From positions 628,817 to 652,816 of the forward strand of contig NZ_CP157522.1 in the NCBI RefSeq assembly GCF_049075655.1: 24,000 nt of DNA, given 5' to 3'. The DNA comes from Methanothermococcus sp. Ax23 (GTDB lineage: Archaea > AGJL01 > Methanococci > Methanococcales > Methanococcaceae). A program made the translations under genes and the position numbers. The stretch's first letter is position 1. Each line of letters starts with the position of its first letter. The notes below the pieces were generated by a model. It was not told the origin of the DNA. It saw only the letters and a program-made list of their open reading frames with translations, and made no database searches. This document shows positions 21,245-24,000 of this stretch, piece by piece.

Positions 21245-23269
21245 ATGGATGAAAAAAAGATAGAGCAGTTAAAACCATATATTACCAACTATATAAGAAA
21301 CTTCCACAGTGATGACATTATATCAGAAAAGGAAAGGGTAGTAATAGACTTGGAGAAATTATATAATTATGGAATAGTGGATTTTATAGAATATATTTAT
21401 GAAAATCCATACGATGGATTAAAGATTTTAGAAGATGCATACGTGGAAGCATACTACGCACTAAAAAATGAAAATCCAAACTGCTCCATCACAATAAAAA
21501 ACATACCCGAAGTATTCAAAAAATACAACAACAAAACATTAACAATTAAGGATATTAAAAGCAGTACATTGGGAAAACTTATAGAATTTGAAGGAATTAT
21601 TGTATTAGCAACTAAAATAAAATCAATATTAAAAAAAGCAGTATATGTATGCAATAATTGTGGAAATAGGGTTGTTGTAAATATCGATAATCCCTATGAA
21701 TATAATCCAGAGTCTAAATCATGCACCAATGAAAAATGTAATGGAATATTACAGATAGTAGAAAACGAATCGGAGTATATTGACTTCCAGGAATTAAAAG
21801 TTCAACAACCGCTGGATTTAATGGATGACCCAGAGGAACCTCCAAAATATATATCTGTATTTTTAGAAAATTCGCCGGGCATATTCTGCGGAAGGGTAAA
21901 AATAATAGGAATACCCATCAAATACCAAAGTAGTAAAAAACTACCAATATATGACATATACATAAGAGGGCTAAATTGCGAAATAATAGAAAATAAATTA
22001 GAAAGTGAGCTCACCGAAGATGACATTGAAAAAATAGAAAAAGTTGCCAAACACCCAAAAGTGCTGGATATATTATCAAATGAACTCATCCCAGAAATAA
22101 AAGGATATGAAACTATAAAGAAGGCGATATTTTTACAGCAGATAAAAGGAGTTAAAAAAGGGAATAAAAGAGCCGACAGCCACATACTTTTAATTACCGA
22201 CCCGGGGATTGGAAAAAGTGTTATGCTCAGAAAAATAGCGGAGCTCCCGGGAAACCTATATGGTTCTGTAACCACGGCATCAGGAGTTGGTTTAACCGCA
22301 GCAGTTGTTAGGGAAAAAACTGAAATTGGGGATGATACGTGGGTTATAAAACCAGGTTTGTTGGTTAAAGCAAACAAGGGGACCGCATGTATTGACGAGC
22401 TAACTGTTAATAAGGACCTTCAAAGTTTTGTTTTAGAGGCTATGGAAAGCCAAACAATTCACATTAATAAAGGGGGTATAAATACAAAGCTTCCAGCAGA
22501 GTGTGCAATTCTTGCTGCATGCAACCCAAGATGGGGAAAATTTGACCCCAATGTTTCAATACCTGAACAGATAAACATACCTGCCCCTATGTTAAGTAGA
22601 TTTGATATAATATTTCCAATAAAGGATGAAGTAGATAGGGCAAAGGACAAAGACATAGCAAAACATATTATCAATATCCATAGAAAATATTTGAAGAAGG
22701 ACGAAGGAGACATAAAAGTCGATAAAGAGACTAAAATTAATGGTGTTGAAATCGACGATGAATTTATCATAAAATATATATTATATGCTAGACAGAAAAA
22801 GCCAATTATATCAAAAAATGCAGAGGATATTTTAGTAGAATACTACACAAACATGAGGAAGAGCTCTATACAAATAACCGCAAGGCAGCTTGAAGCTGCG
22901 ATTCGACTTGCTGAAGCTCATGCAAAGGTGAAATTAAAGGATGTTGTGGAAGAAGAGGATGCAGAAGAGGCAATAAATATAATAATGGAATCACTAAAAG
23001 AGATAGCCTATGATCCAGAAACTGGTATGATTGATATAGGGAAGATTACGGGAGAATCAAACAAGGATAAAAATAAAATGAAGGAGATATACACAATTAT
23101 TAAAAAACTCTCAGAAAAGAACAACGAGGGATTGGTGTTATTCGAAGATATATTGGAAGAAACTAAAAAGAAGGGAATGGATGAAGAAGAAACCGAGAAC
23201 ATCATTAAAAAATTATTAAAGAGGGGGGACATCGACGAACCAAGGAATGGAAAATACCGAATTATATAA
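21245..23269 (+). CDS. mcm: MCM replicative helicase paralogue
   Basis: This is a 674-aa ORF. Motifs present: N-terminal C4 Zn finger (CNNCGN...CTNEKCNG), Walker A TDPGIGKS, ASGVGLTAAVV, Walker B ACIDELTV, sensor-1 LAACNP, Arg finger SRFDIIF, sensor-2 ITARQLEAAIRLAEAHAKV, and a C-terminal winged-helix-like tail. Confidence 0.9.
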   Translation: MDEKKIEQLKPYITNYIRNFHSDDIISEKERVVIDLEKLYNYGIVDFIEYIYENPYDGLKILEDAYVEAYYALKNENPNCSITIKNIPEVFKKYNNKTLTIKDIKSSTLGKLIEFEGIIVLATKIKSILKKAVYVCNNCGNRVVVNIDNPYEYNPESKSCTNEKCNGILQIVENESEYIDFQELKVQQPLDLMDDPEEPPKYISVFLENSPGIFCGRVKIIGIPIKYQSSKKLPIYDIYIRGLNCEIIENKLESELTEDDIEKIEKVAKHPKVLDILSNELIPEIKGYETIKKAIFLQQIKGVKKGNKRADSHILLITDPGIGKSVMLRKIAELPGNLYGSVTTASGVGLTAAVVREKTEIGDDTWVIKPGLLVKANKGTACIDELTVNKDLQSFVLEAMESQTIHINKGGINTKLPAECAILAACNPRWGKFDPNVSIPEQINIPAPMLSRFDIIFPIKDEVDRAKDKDIAKHIINIHRKYLKKDEGDIKVDKETKINGVEIDDEFIIKYILYARQKKPIISKNAEDILVEYYTNMRKSSIQITARQLEAAIRLAEAHAKVKLKDVVEEEDAEEAINIIMESLKEIAYDPETGMIDIGKITGESNKDKNKMKEIYTIIKKLSEKNNEGLVLFEDILEETKKKGMDEEETENIIKKLLKRGDIDEPRNGKYRII

Positions 23270-23375
23270 TATCAAAAACCTTCAACATTATCAGCTTCAT
23301 CGAATATAATGGGCATATTATAATTAAATCCATTCGATAAAAAAATATTAATGTAAAAAGAATACTTGTGATACA

Positions 23376-24000
23376 ATGAACATAATATATCAGACCGCAT
23401 CAGATTTTTTAACAAATGATATATGGGTCATGCCAACAGATAGGAAAAATATACTTGAATTAGATGAAAGCGGAGAAATTAAAATATTTAACAATATTCC
23501 AGTTTTAAGGGTGCTTGCAACACCCTCTTTAAAAAAAACAATTAGTAGGTTAGTTTATACCATAAAAGATAAAATGGTTTTATTTAAAAATAAAGACGAA
23601 AATATTAATTTAAATATATTTAAATACTTGGACAAAATGTACTTCAAAACCCCAAATAAAAATTATTATAGGACAAAAAAAGCATGGTATAGATTCATTG
23701 GCGATTTATTTGAAGACATCAACAATTGGAATTTTAAAAAGGTCATTACTAAAACCATAATACTACTTAAAATATTAAAGCCCGTGTTAGTATTTGATGT
23801 CCATAATGTTTCAAAATGGAACCATATAGAAGGTTTTAAAAAATTTATAAACACACTTCATAAACATAACATCAGCATCGTAATAAGATGCCCAGTTGAA
23901 TCCATAAACCACATAAAAAAAACATTTGAAAACTCAAAAATAAACAATATTGCCGTGATGAAGTACTATGGAAAACTAAAAGGATATAATATCTCAACAA
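23376..24000 (+). CDS. Hypothetical protein, N-terminal 208 codons; the 3' end lies outside the window
   Basis: This ORF is absent from the supplied track because it has no stop within the window. I translated it manually from the ATG at 23376: MNIIYQTASDFLTNDIWVMPTDRKNILELDESGEIKIFNNIPVLRVLATPSLKK...VLVFDVHNVSKWNHIEGFKKFINTLHKHNISIVIRCPVES... The frame stays open to nt 24000. I recognise no family. Confidence 0.5.
   Translation, partial: MNIIYQTASDFLTNDIWVMPTDRKNILELDESGEIKIFNNIPVLRVLATPSLKKTISRLVYTIKDKMVLFKNKDENINLNIFKYLDKMYFKTPNKNYYRTKKAWYRFIGDLFEDINNWNFKKVITKTIILLKILKPVLVFDVHNVSKWNHIEGFKKFINTLHKHNISIVIRCPVESINHIKKTFENSKINNIAVMKYYGKLKGYNIST

Noticed and set aside
21802-22377. A 191-aa antisense ORF inside the MCM gene, plus smaller ones at 22459-22770 and 23008-23232
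   Set aside because: These overlap the most conserved MCM ATPase core on the opposite strand. They have no start context and Ser/Phe/Ile-rich nonsense composition.
21245-23269. A possible intein in the MCM gene, since inteins are common in archaeal MCMs
   Set aside because: The length (674 aa) is normal, and the Walker A, Walker B, sensor and Arg-finger motifs are contiguous with no insert.

Overview
This is a very AT-rich archaeal chromosomal window whose structural RNAs are GC-rich. The gene content points to a Methanococcales methanogen, probably a thermophile (inference): PolD large subunit, MCM, an MtxX-like methanogen marker, an MthK-type channel and a 16S-tRNAAla-23S-5S operon. I call 16 protein-coding genes, two of them cut by the window edges. 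There is one complete rRNA operon on the minus strand. Both large rRNAs have bulge-helix-bulge (BHB) processing stems that I could verify base by base. A type-M-like RNase P RNA (13131-13374) lies directly downstream of the 5S gene. The PolD DP2 gene carries a 494-codon LAGLIDADG intein that ends in Tyr-Gln rather than His-Asn. I found no CRISPR array, transposase, integrase or recognisable defence island, and no convincing evidence for a wholly new multi-gene system. The strongest unexplained signal is at the DNA level. The palindrome GAGCTC occurs 34 times by manual count, roughly one per 0.6 kb of non-rRNA sequence, in all three codon phases, on both strands and in non-coding DNA. Secondary items are a CobQ/CbiA-type amidotransferase with swapped domain order, a divergent AAA+ / Clp-fold serine peptidase / DUF192 cluster, a translationally coupled cysteine-cluster / membrane / triple-zinc-ribbon trio, and an MCM paralogue with an atypical Walker B context.
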